Positions 36,300 through 48,747 of a DNA stretch of 64,000 nucleotides are shown here, one piece after another (positions within the stretch are counted from its first letter, which is position 1; each line of letters begins with the position of its first letter). Both the position numbers and the translations under genes were made by a program. Under the pieces are notes generated by a model that was not told where the DNA came from, ran no database searches, and was given only the letters and a program-made list of their open reading frames with translations. The DNA is from Adineta vaga (lineage: Eukaryota; Animalia; Rotifera), in assembly GCA_021613535.1 (NCBI GenBank), contig CP075492.1:1798001-1862000 (forward strand). The letters are read 5' to 3'.

Positions 36300-36684
36300 A
36301 CATACAACAAAAAAAGATATTATTCAAACAAAATTATAATAACACAAACTTTCCAAAAAGACGTCAAGCAAAACAATAAGTTCAGTGATGATCTCGCTAT
36401 GCCGATTAGGTTCATTCTATCTTTCTTTTGTTCTTTTTTCTCTTTTCTTTTCTTTCTCATACCTATCTCACTCTATGTAGTTGAAAAGCTAAAATTCTTC
36501 TTTTGTTCGTTTATGTAAAAAAGTTTATGCTTATTCGCCTAATGTTTTTTTTTTTTCTCTCTCACTTTCGTTCTCTTGTCATTTATGAACTCCATGATTC
36601 TTGATTTTCTTTTTGCTTCATCTTTGTCTCTATCACTATCCAGAACAACATTGTATCTTTAGGCGTTCAGGTGCACGCCTGCTT

Positions 36685-36697
36685 AAGAGGGGGCTGG
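36685..36697 (+). promoter_or_regulatory. Polypurine tract
   Basis: AAGAGGGGG(CTGG) immediately before the 3' LTR. Confidence 0.85.
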
Positions 36698-36867
36698 TGT
36701 GACCAATCACACTATATCTCTCTTGGGACAGGTCACCAATTAGACATAATGCATCTTTCTTCCTTTGTAACAGAATGCATGTATTGTTCTTGTGTGAAGG
36801 AAGAAGTCAGTGGATATTTGAAATAAAGTAAACGGAAGTAGCAAGCTAGGCTAAATAAACCGTTACA
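36698..36867 (+). repeat. 3' LTR (170 bp)
   Basis: Identical to the 5' LTR. Confidence 0.97.
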
Positions 36868-38244
36868 CATAGTCCTTCTGAAGCTAAACATCTTTTAACG
36901 AAATCAAAACAGTGTTTTGACATGTTGAACTGTATCATAAAAGAAAGACTGCAACACCATAATGACTTATTATTGGAACCAAAAAAGTGCAACAACAACT
37001 AACTTTGACCTTACATGTACTCTGCGCTATTAAAAACTACAATTTGTTCTAGTGTGTATCCGGCGGTGTCATTTCTATCGATACTTCAAAATCCTCGATG
37101 TCTGACATTTTCTATTTTTAATACCAAATACGGAACAGGTAAACGTTTCCCCAATCTTTTAAAAAAACTGCAGCAACATGGAAACACCTAGAAAAAGTAA
37201 TGTTAAATAAATTTTGTATAAAGCAATTTCTTTTGGGAAGGTATTTCTTTGGAAAGCGACACGATTGATATATTTTTTGACCTGTTTCTCACACTGATTC
37301 CAAGCAATAAAAGAAAACAATTGATCTGTAATAAAAATTTGTATACCTAAAATTTTTCATTTTCGGATACTCGCATTTCTATAGTTCAGTCGACAAGCAA
37401 TACTGAGAGGTTTTCTTGAAAAAAGAACGCATTAACTTTCACTATTTGTGTCTCAGTTCCGGAGAATTCAAAATTAACTTTTGAATGATCGTTTCTTACC
37501 AAAATCAATTGAGAAACAGACAAGCACACATTACCACTTACTTTTATTATATATTTTAGATATAGCGCATTTTGCAAGCGATGACATGTTATTTTGAAGA
37601 ATAATTTTAGGATAATATTCAAAAGATATGGTAAGTTTAGCTTTTCATTTATTTTTCTCGGTTGACTTCCAAATAAAGCTTTGTAGAAATTTTTGTATCT
37701 AAAAGGCAGTGATGCATATTCTCAATCTATGAAATACCTTCTTCTAGTTTTAGCAAATGACTTTTACTTCAATCGCATCAACTATTGTTCAAACTTATAT
37801 CTGTCATCAGTGTTATCGTTTCAAATTTTTACTTTGCAAACGTTTTGGATATATTATAAAATTTATTCGAATACTGCTTAATCATGCTCTATATAACGTC
37901 GGGAAAGCGCGTAAACTATAATGACTGTCTAAACTATGCTTTTAGCTTGAGGTATATAGTGATTAACCTTTCATCTTGAAGTTCGATTTGTGTAACCTGT
38001 GAAAGGCAGGACTATGATAAATTTTTGAAAACTTCGATTTGAATTTTAAGTATATTATGTTCTGCGGATGTATTTGTATATTTGACACAAAAAAATGTTG
38101 TTATGATTTGCGTAAATAGCGTAGTAAAAAATGATATAACTGCATTTAAAAATAATGATGGTTAAAAAATACATTTGAATTTCTGCTTCATATATTTAAT
38201 CGTCACTTTGGATCACCAAATCTAAACTTATTTTCCGTTTTAGG

Positions 38245-38801
38245 CTGAATTGCAATTCAGTATGGTTCGGCCTGTTCAACTATTTGACGATGAACCTCGT
38301 ATACTAATTTTGCACTGGAATATACATATTAATCTTGAGGAATATTTAGAGTTATTTAAAGACATTGTAACTGTTGTGTATACTAAAGACGATCTATGTG
38401 ATCATCTTACATGGTCCAATCGGTTATTTGTAATAGTTGCCTTATTACCAGAGTCTATTTCAACACAGTTTCAAACCTTTGATGAAATCAATTTTCAACA
38501 ATACACTAGTGTGCATAACATCTATCTTATATATAGAGAACGCCAGACATTTATCACACTCAAAAGAAATCGTCACCGTACACTGCTAGAGGAATGCCGT
38601 TCGATTACTAACAATATACAACAAAAGATTTTATTTATCTGCTCCAAAATATTCGATTGTAATATGAAATATTGTAAGACACGTGGAGATCAATGTGTTT
38701 CTGATGGCAATAATAGCGTGGCTGCAATGTACATTGAACAATGGCAGAAGCGGTGTGAATTGCAAGGAGCTGTTATTCAACAATTATTAGATTCCATTTA
38801 A
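38245..38801 (+). CDS. Hypothetical protein terminal exon (alpha/beta domain + helical tail)
   Basis: Open frame after a TTTTAG acceptor; size and hydrophobic pattern resemble the LTR-split gene. Confidence 0.55.
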
Positions 38802-39181
38802 ATATATTTCATTTCAACGATAAAACAGAAGTAGTTGAACAGTAACATTAAAATTGGTTCTATTCGTTGTCATATTTATGCGGTAGTATTAAATGACTTT
38901 TGAAAAACAACGAAATGCCTTCAATTTAAAAATTTGCTCAGTTAAAACAGCAACTGATTTTTCCATATATTATTTTTATCGAATAAAAAAGAGTTGTGCT
39001 TATTTGTGATATTAACAATTTGTTTTTCGATATATCATGATATCTGTTCAAATTATCAAAATTTATCATAAAGAATTATTCTGTATATTCTATGGATATG
39101 GAATTCTTCCATACAAAAGTCGAAAGGTTCATTAATCTATTTTATTAAATAAGAAATATAGTTCAATGACACTCGGCCATC

Positions 39182-39258
39182 TTGAGGGTGTGGATGTGAA
39201 TGTAGGAATGATGCGTAAATATGCTATTCACATGCATCCACAATCACACCCATCCTTC
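39182..39258. repeat. Telomere-like hairpin element
   Basis: TTGAGGGTGTGGATGTG ... CATCCACAATCACACCCATCCTTC. Confidence 0.8.
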
Positions 39259-39528
39259 TAGAGTCCTTTTACAAATGAAAAATAATAAATATTTCATTGT
39301 TTTCTATTTCTATCCATGCAAAACACATTCATTTTACTGTTATCAGTTGGTAAACATAGCAGCATGGTCATATCTCTTTATTCATTTTTCCATTTCTGCA
39401 TGTTGAGTTTTAGATCGATGAATAATTCTTTCCAATTTTTATTATTCATAATATCATACATTATTTTACATATAATCAATGGCATACAAGCAGTTCCACC
39501 AGGGTTTTTATTAGGAGCAACGTATAGA
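39182..39528 (+). repeat. Partial duplicate of 51860-52350 (hairpin + upstream region + 5' end of the secreted gene)
   Basis: Near-identical over about 200 bp, then lacks about 150 bp, then 138 bp identical (39391-39528 = 52213-52350). Confidence 0.9.
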
Positions 39529-40059
39529 TTTAGAACAGAATATAAGTATGATCGTGATTTAGAAAGTTAAATACATGAAGAACTAAACACCTGTATTTTC
39601 TGACCGGAAAAGAACGCTGTCTGCAAATGACATATAGTTCGTTTTAAAAGAATTTAATTGAAATATATGTAAAAACAAGCGTATTGTAATAAATTATGAA
39701 AAATAACTGAATCAAAAATTGAAATATTATTCTCTTGGTATTCACAAATGAAAAGTAACCAAATTAATGTATACTCACTTAAAGATTTTGATAAAACAGA
39801 TGTTAATCAGGATTATTTGATAAGGAAAGAAACATAAAATGTATGATTTTTCTTATTTAAAAAGATTAAAATAATGCTAAAAGCTTTTTATATCTCATAT
39901 AACTCTTTGTAAATCATAATCAGATGGTATTTGTTATGCTTTTTCAGTTCATATGAGAAATAAAGTTTTATTATTTTGAATTTCTCTCTCTTTCTATTAT
40001 AACAACGAGATATCTATATCAATGAGATTCTTTTTAATAATAATCATTTGAAAGAGAAA

Positions 40060-43000
40060 ATGTTAATTGGAAGAAATCTAATCTTTATTCTATTCATACA
40101 TAGTGTTAATCTTGAAATTCAAATAAATTTTCATTTAACAAATTGGGAAATTGAAACTAATGATATTCAACATGATTGTTTGAATGTTGCTGCTCGAGTC
40201 GAAGAAGGATATGGTCTTCGTCAAATAATATCTTATTGTATAAGCGAATGGCCATCAAAATTCCATATAGTCGAAAATAATTTTCATGAAAAATTTACTT
40301 TTTCACAATTAGCAAAACAACATATAACAAGTACACAATTATATCATTGGTCAGCATCAATTGATCTTATTGAAGAATATCAATATTATTTAAATCAATT
40401 TCCATATGTTGATGAAAACTTATCAAAAAAAGTCTTTTATAATTGTACATTACCATATTTTGGTTCGAAATGTCAATATACGTTTAATTTTTCTTATACG
40501 AATTCTTTCTCATTAAATGATATTATTTATGATTATTATTATTATAATCGATATCAACCAACTAAATTTACTTGTTATATTCATTTAGAATGTGATCGTG
40601 GTCCATCACCTTCATGTCTCGATTGGACAGAAATTTGTGATGGTAAAGTTGATTGTCTTAATAATGGAATAGATGAACAAAATTGTTTACAACTTTTAAT
40701 TGATGATTGTGAAGCAAATGAATATAAATGTTCATATGGTCAATGTATACCAAAATCATTTGTTAATGATGGTCCATTTTCTCCTGATTGTCTCGATCAA
40801 TTTGATGAAGTGCCACCAGGTTTTCTTCTTGCTTTTACTGAACTTCGATCGGTTACAAAAGAACCAATATTTTCACGTGAGGATATATCATGTGCAAGAT
40901 TTTCTGATATGCTTTTTAACAGAATAGGCATCTTAACAAGTTCATGTGTTAACAATCGTGAATTCCTTCTATCACAAGCATTGTTTTCGACAAAACCAAA
41001 TTCAATAACAAATAATAATTGTTGGACAGCATTGAAATGTATTATACATATGTCAGATATGATAGAAGATTATTATGACAATCGAGAAACCAAATGTTTG
41101 AAATTATGTGCAAATCGTGTCTGTGATGAAATGATTGCAAAATATTGTCCAGAGATTATGTATATTCCATCAAATCCTATTTTGCATGGTCAAGTCTATT
41201 TAGCATATGAGAAAAATAAATTAAAATATAGTCGTGTTACACCATTTGGACCCAAATATGTTTGTTTTAATGAGACATATTTTCATTTACCAAATGATGG
41301 AAAAACATTCTTATTAAATGATAATTATACATGTCGTCGTTATGTCGATGCAAAAATTGGTGGATCTGCATTTTTCGATTTCAGATGGTTAGGACAATTT
41401 ATTACTCCTATTAAAAAATGGTTACATACAGTTAAACCATTGATCGATAATAATTCAACAATATTTAATCAATCGATTATGTATAGATGTAGGAATTCGG
41501 AACGATATATTTTTAAAACACAAATTATGGATCATACTACTGATTGTTATGATAATGATGATGAAAGTCTATCTATAGTTGAAAATAATAATTTAATGAA
41601 ACAAATTAATAATGTTTTTCAATGTCCAACAACTAATCAATATATTCATTTTCTTTCTGTTAATGATCGACGTAGTTGTGATTGTTCTATACCTGGTGAT
41701 AATTATTGTGCTGATGAAAATTCCGGTGAAAGTTATTTTCAAAAAACAATTTCATTTCAAACAATTTGCGATAAAATTGTTCATTTAAATCCAGAAGTAA
41801 CTCAACTAACAAATGAAACAGATGAAACAAATTGTGAATATTGGCCACTTCTACATATATATAATCGTTGTGATGGATTTTGGAATTTTCTTAATGGTTC
41901 CGATGAAATTGATTGTGATCTACCATTTTTATCATTAAATTGTTCAGAAAATAATCATATATGTATTTCACGTCAAACAAATAATTTAATTTGTTTACCT
42001 ATTGAAAAAGCAAATGATGGTATTATTGATTGCATTGGAGCTGCTGATGAACCAACAATATGTCATAGAATTAATTTAACATATACTACACGCATCTTTT
42101 CTTGTGATAATAATCCATCTTTATCTTGTATTGGAGCTCAACAATTATGTGATGGAAAAAATGATTGTAATAATAAAGAAGATGAAATATTTTGTACAAA
42201 AAATGATTTAATATATAATGATTTTAAACTTGGGATTTGTTCAAGAAATTATGATTTAGAAGGTTCTATTATCGCAAAAATAATTTGTAGATTATTTTCA
42301 AATACGGGAAAACGATCGGAAAAATATTTTACATTTGATCAAAGTTCTAATCCAATAAAATATGATGAATCTCTTGGACATGTTATGTTCAATGATAATG
42401 ATAATAATTTGTTTTCAGACAATGTTCATTTTTCTCAACCATATTGTCATCGAGGTATTCCTTTACAAATTTGGTTAGATAAACAAAAAAATTTAACAAA
42501 ATCAATTTGTTTATGTCCACCAAGTTTTTATGGAAATATTTGTCAATATCAAAATCAACGCGTTAGTGTTACTTTACAATTACATGTAACATATGATTCA
42601 TTAAAAATTCCATTTATTTTTATTATTTTATTAATTAATATTAATAATAATAATGAACGTATTATTCATTCTTATGAACAAATAAATCATTTATTTTTTA
42701 CAAAAAATTGTCAAAGAAAATTTAATTTTTATTTATTATATTCAACTCGATCTAAAAATCTTACAAAACAATATTCATTACATATTGATATTTATGAACA
42801 AATAACATTAAAATATCGTGCAAGTTTTATTAAATCAATAAATTATTCATTTTTACCTGTTCATCGTCTTGCTTTTAAATTTCATATTCCACATAGTTCG
42901 AATTCTATGAATAATATTTGTTCAAATAAAGATAACAAATGTATTCATGGAAAATGTATTCAATATTTTAATAGAAAACAAATATTTTGTCAATGTTATC

Positions 43001-44868
43001 AAGGATGGATTGGTCATTATTGTACAATTAAATATAATAGTTCATGTTCATTAGAATCATTATCTCTTGGTAAACTAGAAAATAATCGATCTTTATGTGT
43101 TTGTCCTTTATATAAAATAGGTTCTCGATGTTTAATTAATGATAATATATGTGAAAAAGAGACATGTATGAATGGTGGAACATGTATACGTACAGAAATA
43201 TATAATACATTACAAAAGAAATTCACATGTATTTGTTCGAAAGATTTTGTTGGTGATCGATGTGAAATAGATCGAATGAAACTTATTATTTCATTTGATA
43301 AATATTCAAAAAATTTTAATTCAATTATATTTATTCATTTTATTGAAATTCAAATAAATCAATTTCCTATTCGTACAACAACATTTAAAAGAATTTCAGT
43401 TGGACAAAATTCTGTAATAATTCGTTGGTCACTTCCATTTCATCTTATATTTATTGAATTATCAAATAAAACATATTATTTAATGTTTATACAAAAGAAT
43501 TTGAAATCGAAATTAATTATTGAAAAAAGATTAACTTTATTTGATCGATGTTTAAATATAAATGAATTATTTAATACAACATTTTCTAATTATACACTTC
43601 TTCGTCGTATTAAATATTATCATTTACCATGTCAATTAAATTTATCATTATTATGTTTTTATGATGAACAACAATTTTGTTTATGTCAACAAATAAAATA
43701 TCAACGTTTATCAAATTGTTTTAATTTTGATCATAATTCTGGAAGAAATTGTTCGGAATTCTATCATTGTGAAAATGGAGGTGAATGTTATCAAGAAAAT
43801 AGTGATTGTCCACAATATTTCTTATGTAAATGTCCTATTTGTTATTATGGAGAAAGATGTCAATTAAATACTTATGGATATAGTCTTTCACTTGATACGA
43901 TTTTAGCTGTTTTTATTCAACCAAATTTAAAGATTTTTAATCAAGGAAATTCAATTCTTATAAGTACAATTCTAAGTATAATTATTAGTTTTGGAGGATT
44001 TATTAATGGTTTTTTATTATTGATAACATTTAAAAATAAAAAATTATGTGAATCAGGTTGTGGAATTTATTTATTAAATTCATCAATATTAATTTTATTA
44101 ATAATGTTTATATTTACAATGAAATTTTGGATTTTTATTTTAATAGAAATTGGAACAATTACAAATGAATTATTTTTAAATATTCAATGTCATTCAATTG
44201 ATTTTCTTCTTCGAATATTTTTAACAATGGATCAATGGTTAATTTCATTTGTATCAATTGAAAGAGCATTTATTATAATTAAAGGAATTAATTTTGATAA
44301 GAAAAAAACAAAATTAATTGCAAAATATATAATATTTATTATTTTATTAATTATTATTTTAACAAATATTCAAGATTTAATTTATCGAAAATTAGATATT
44401 GAAATAAATGAAGATGATGAAAAACGATATCGATGTATTGTTAATTATTCATCAACTATTCGTACAATAAATTATATAATTAATATTTTTCATTTTATTA
44501 TTCCATTTATTATTAATATTATATCAGCAAGTATTATTATTATTATTAAAACTCAACAACGAAAAGTAATTGGAAAAAATAAACAAAATCTTCGAACAAT
44601 TTTAAATGAAGAAATTCAACAGCATAAAAATCTTTTAACTGGTCCAATTGTTTTAATTATTCTTAATATACCACGTGTTGTAATTATATTTGCATCAGGT
44701 TGTATGAAATCAACTAGTGATGCATGGTTATTTCTTTTTGGTTATTTTATATCATTAATTCCATCTACACTTACTTTCGTCTTATTTGTTTTACCTTCAA
44801 CTGTATACAAAGAAGAATTTAGAAAAGCTATTAATCAATATCGAAAAATATTACAAAGAAATTCATAA
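40060..44868 (+). CDS. Giant intronless LDLa/EGF-repeat class A GPCR-like receptor
   Basis: Signal peptide; LDLa repeats (CDGKVDCLNNGIDE); EGF repeats (CMNGGTC, CENGGEC); 7TM with SIER at the DRY position. Confidence 0.85.
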   Translation: MLIGRNLIFILFIHSVNLEIQINFHLTNWEIETNDIQHDCLNVAARVEEGYGLRQIISYCISEWPSKFHIVENNFHEKFTFSQLAKQHITSTQLYHWSASIDLIEEYQYYLNQFPYVDENLSKKVFYNCTLPYFGSKCQYTFNFSYTNSFSLNDIIYDYYYYNRYQPTKFTCYIHLECDRGPSPSCLDWTEICDGKVDCLNNGIDEQNCLQLLIDDCEANEYKCSYGQCIPKSFVNDGPFSPDCLDQFDEVPPGFLLAFTELRSVTKEPIFSREDISCARFSDMLFNRIGILTSSCVNNREFLLSQALFSTKPNSITNNNCWTALKCIIHMSDMIEDYYDNRETKCLKLCANRVCDEMIAKYCPEIMYIPSNPILHGQVYLAYEKNKLKYSRVTPFGPKYVCFNETYFHLPNDGKTFLLNDNYTCRRYVDAKIGGSAFFDFRWLGQFITPIKKWLHTVKPLIDNNSTIFNQSIMYRCRNSERYIFKTQIMDHTTDCYDNDDESLSIVENNNLMKQINNVFQCPTTNQYIHFLSVNDRRSCDCSIPGDNYCADENSGESYFQKTISFQTICDKIVHLNPEVTQLTNETDETNCEYWPLLHIYNRCDGFWNFLNGSDEIDCDLPFLSLNCSENNHICISRQTNNLICLPIEKANDGIIDCIGAADEPTICHRINLTYTTRIFSCDNNPSLSCIGAQQLCDGKNDCNNKEDEIFCTKNDLIYNDFKLGICSRNYDLEGSIIAKIICRLFSNTGKRSEKYFTFDQSSNPIKYDESLGHVMFNDNDNNLFSDNVHFSQPYCHRGIPLQIWLDKQKNLTKSICLCPPSFYGNICQYQNQRVSVTLQLHVTYDSLKIPFIFIILLININNNNERIIHSYEQINHLFFTKNCQRKFNFYLLYSTRSKNLTKQYSLHIDIYEQITLKYRASFIKSINYSFLPVHRLAFKFHIPHSSNSMNNICSNKDNKCIHGKCIQYFNRKQIFCQCYQGWIGHYCTIKYNSSCSLESLSLGKLENNRSLCVCPLYKIGSRCLINDNICEKETCMNGGTCIRTEIYNTLQKKFTCICSKDFVGDRCEIDRMKLIISFDKYSKNFNSIIFIHFIEIQINQFPIRTTTFKRISVGQNSVIIRWSLPFHLIFIELSNKTYYLMFIQKNLKSKLIIEKRLTLFDRCLNINELFNTTFSNYTLLRRIKYYHLPCQLNLSLLCFYDEQQFCLCQQIKYQRLSNCFNFDHNSGRNCSEFYHCENGGECYQENSDCPQYFLCKCPICYYGERCQLNTYGYSLSLDTILAVFIQPNLKIFNQGNSILISTILSIIISFGGFINGFLLLITFKNKKLCESGCGIYLLNSSILILLIMFIFTMKFWIFILIEIGTITNELFLNIQCHSIDFLLRIFLTMDQWLISFVSIERAFIIIKGINFDKKKTKLIAKYIIFIILLIIILTNIQDLIYRKLDIEINEDDEKRYRCIVNYSSTIRTINYIINIFHFIIPFIINIISASIIIIIKTQQRKVIGKNKQNLRTILNEEIQQHKNLLTGPIVLIILNIPRVVIIFASGCMKSTSDAWLFLFGYFISLIPSTLTFVLFVLPSTVYKEEFRKAINQYRKILQRNS

Positions 44869-45721
44869 AGGTATGGAATATATTATCAATGATCTAGTGG
44901 AGTTAGATATTCAATTGACTAGGATAAACGGGACCCGATAGGTGAGTATAAGGTCATAATAGAATATAGCTAAAAACAACGTTCATAAAATTTTGCCGAC
45001 GAAATTCTAGAAGATCTGTTGTCGGATTTGTAAGCATGGATGCCGCGAATGAGGGATCTTGTGGTACCCCTGTTAATTACACTCAATACAAATGGCGTAG
45101 TCAGGATTTCTAGACAAACTGACAATGGGGAAGGTAAAGTTTTTGACAATGAGCAAACGATTTTAAAAAAGCAATAATTTAAAATTAAATATACCTTAGG
45201 CAAACTTTTTCCATCTGTTATACGGCTAAACAAACCTCAAGACGTTCATGTATATATCAAAAGAAGTCGAGCAGAGGAGAAATAAAGAATGGATAACAAA
45301 AATGACTTAACAGAGACCACAGAATATTCATTTACTTAAATTTGTTTTCATATAGTTATTAATATTTCTTTTAGACATCCCCACGCAACCAATATTTAAA
45401 TATGAATGCTTTTCTTCTTCTGCAAAATCTCATACTGCGCATGAATTCATGTTGTCATATGTGTTGTACTTGTAAAAATAATTATGTTTAATTTTTATTG
45501 TTCGTCTGTAAACGATATTAAATATTATTCAATAAAGAGGGTGTAGGTGCGAGGATTTGCCGTAATTTATTCAAAGCTTGTGTATCGAATAGAACAATGA
45601 GTTCGATTAAAAAATAAATAAATAATTTCCTTTTGTTCATTTTATTCTTTAATGAAACTTCAATTTGAAGCCATAAAATCAATCATAGAGGGATATTTGA
45701 TTATTATAGGAAAGAATTATT

Positions 45722-47668
45722 TTAGTAGATTCTAACAGGAAACTTTTGTACTCGTAAAGTACTTTGACTACAGACATAGATATTGCCTTGTTGATCGAAT
45801 GATAAACCTGATGGAGACCACAATTGATTCAGTTTATCCCCGGGTCCATTTCCACCTACAATAATACTACCGTGTTTTGCACCTTTCTGCCAACGCATTA
45901 TACGATGATTACCAGCATCAGCAACATAAATATTACCCAAATGATCAACAATTATGCTTTGAGGTCTAGATAATTGTGTGAGACTACTTCCGCTACCGTT
46001 TCCACCTGCAACAATAATTCCTTGTTTTGCATAGCTTTCCCATTTCATCACACGATCATAGTCACTATCAGATATGTAAATTGAATAATCTTCATCAATA
46101 AAGATATATGCAGGCTTGTTGAGTTGATTAAGCTGATTCCCAGCTCCATTTCCACCCGCCATGATCGTTCCAATCACTTCTCCTTCTCTCAATCGTATCA
46201 CTGCATTATTTGTGAAATCTGAGAAATAAATATCTCCATTATTAACCATTGTTATTGCCCAACATGAACAATTTGAAGCAATTATTTGTAGTTTTGTTCG
46301 ATTTCGACGAAACCATCGTACAATTCTATCGTTTCCTCGATCACAAATAATGAAAGAATCATTCGTTGGATCAAAAGCCATATCTGATGGCACACTTATC
46401 TGATCTATTTGATTTATTATACCGTTTCCACCAGCAACAATTTCACCATTCTTTGCTTCTGGCTTCCATCCAACAATACGATAATTGAGAGGATCAACAA
46501 TATAAATCGTTTGATCATTATCATCAACATAAATGCCAAGACAGTTTTTCATTTGATTTAATCCGGATCCACGACCATTTCCGCCAGCGACGATAGATCC
46601 AATTTGTTTCCATTTAGTATTATTAGTGATGTTAAAAACAGAGAGAAATTGTCCTAGAAAATATCATTAGAGATTTAAAATATGGATTTCATTTTTGTAG
46701 GATAGGTTGAATAATTTATGTGCATGATTAAAATAATTACTAAGACAAAGAAGGGAACAAACATATCCATTTATAACAGATTTAGAATTCTTATCGACTG
46801 ATGTCATAATCCCATTACACCCGGTATTCAACTCCCAACACAGCTAACGTAACATCTCCTTCCACTAGCAACGACATCTATATTATCACCAAGCATTATA
46901 AAAAATATAACTCGATACGCCTCCTGTAATTACTTTACACATGCAACTATTCCTCACATAGCGGAAAGTTATACGCCTTCGATACCGATATTGTTTCGTA
47001 GATTTTTCAGTTGTTTCTCACAAATCTCGTCTTTCGAGCACTGTCATCTTGGTAATTTGACATTGGATCTGACTTTCCGAGTACTCTCACCTGTTGCTTT
47101 ACTTTGGGTATCGTTAGGGCTGACTGTCGATAGCCGGCGTAATGGTATTATGACATCTATGTGTAATTTAAAATTCTACTTATGAATTTCAATAAGATCT
47201 TCGATATTTTTTTCATAGGAGTATAACTTAGAATACCAAACAATTCTAATCTAATTCACTATGTACTGTGAAATGTATTCAAATAAAACATAGATTTTCT
47301 TAGATAACTGTACCTTCTACAATTGTATTAACTTCTGTTGTTATTTCTACTGTTGATGTTTCTATCGTTGTCTCTTTTGTTGAGACTTCTGTTGTCGATG
47401 GTACTGTTGTTCTTTCTGTTATTTGAACCATAGTCGTCATCGATATTTTTTCTGTTGTTTGAACCATAGTCGTCATCGATATTTCTTCTGTTGTTCCTTC
47501 TGTAACGTTTTTCTTTTTCGTTGTTATGATAATTGTTGGAATAATTATGATTAACAAAATTACAATAATAGAAAAAATGATCCATATTAACTTTCTTTTA
47601 CGAAAATGTTCACATCTATAGAATAAGAAGAATTTATTTTTACATTCGTTATACTCCATTATATTCAT
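45722..47668 (-). CDS. Type II membrane NHL-repeat protein with Thr-rich stalk (start exon uncertain)
   Basis: TM + Thr-rich exon at about 47617-47311 (39-bp internal repeat); NHL exon at about 46654-45722 (IVAGGNG, YVADAGNHRI). Confidence 0.75.
46800..47157. mobile_element. Intronic element with 22-bp terminal inverted repeats (solo LTR or MITE)
   Basis: GATGTCATAATCCCATTACACC / GGCGTAATGGTATTATGACATC; TGT...ACA ends; no TSD seen. Confidence 0.55.
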
Positions 47669-48702
47669 ACAGTAATCTTAATTTAGTAGTTGATGTTTCA
47701 GTTGCACCAGCATTATCCGTTTCACACTAAAATAAGCATTAAAAAACAACAATTACTTCCCGTTGCTTTTTTTTTATCTACATTACACGATAAATTTCTG
47801 CTTTGTTTTGTTTCATATTTGATGTCTTGAACAACTGTTTACTGATCTATCATCAATAAATATCTGAAAACATTCATAAACAGAAGATTTTATGAAATAT
47901 AATTGAAAAAAAGTGTTTAAAGTATCTTGAAAGCAATGATTCTTTCTCAAAGTATTCCGTTTTCAAAAACATGATCGCTTGCTGTAGATATGGTGTGTTA
48001 AGAAAGATGGATCTATCTATAGGTGAAATGTTCGATCTTTATTAATCTTTTTGACGTATCTCAGCTCAAAAGTTTTTCATCAGTTGTGTGAAGTCGAATT
48101 TTTGAATAAACTCTCTCTCTCTCATGATAATTTTTCAACAATTTAATGAAAGTATCGGACTCATTCTTTCATTTATCATGTAAATGAACATCATATTTAT
48201 TTCTATATGTCACTTTTACAAGAATTATGCCAACAGATTTTCTGCGCAGGCAAAAATAAAACAATGCAAATATTTTATGCGTATGATAAATATAAAATAA
48301 CAAAAAAGAAAAGTGTAGATATTATTTTCTTCTCTGAAATATTTTTCTCTATCTGTGAATATTGATAAAACACACGTAACTCGACTTGATGTTAGATTCA
48401 TTAACATCTTTTGAACTATACTGCAGCAGAATACGTTTAAAATTTCATGTTTAGAACACTTCTGTTTTTTACACAGCAGTATTTATATCAACCGATGACA
48501 TGCATAAGAATACTTTTTAGAATAATTAAATAGCATCTGAATTTTATTAATATGGAAAGAAAATACTGGAGACAAAAAACTTATCGTAATATGAACTGTT
48601 GATTAAAATTACTTTGCATAAAACATGACTTTTTTCTTAATAAAATATTATTGTTTTAATAGAAATTCAACTATTAGATTATAACGATTATATAGATCTG
48701 GC

Positions 48703-48747
48703 TTGAGGGTGTGGGTGTGGATGCATCATACCTTTACTCACACCCTC
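48703..48747. repeat. Telomere-like hairpin element
   Basis: TTGAGGGTGTGGGTGTGG ... ACTCACACCCTC. Confidence 0.85.

Larger units (their letters stand above)
28379..36867 (+). mobile_element. Intact Ty3/Gypsy LTR retrotransposon with env-like ORF
   Basis: TG...CA LTRs, 5-bp TSD CATAG (28374-28378, 36868-36872), PBS, PPT, and gag-pol-env with PR-RT-RH-IN order. Confidence 0.97.
27973..37002 (+). pseudogene. Host gene exon (about 180 aa) split by the LTR retrotransposon (27973-28378 + 36873-37002)
   Basis: Removing the element and one TSD restores the frame ...QAQDALFDRHS-PSEAKHLLTKSKQCFDML...NNN*; AG acceptor at 27971-27972. Confidence 0.75.

Noticed and set aside
39316-39570. 84-aa ORF as an independent gene
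   Set aside because: It is the truncated duplicate of the 5' end of the 52240 gene.
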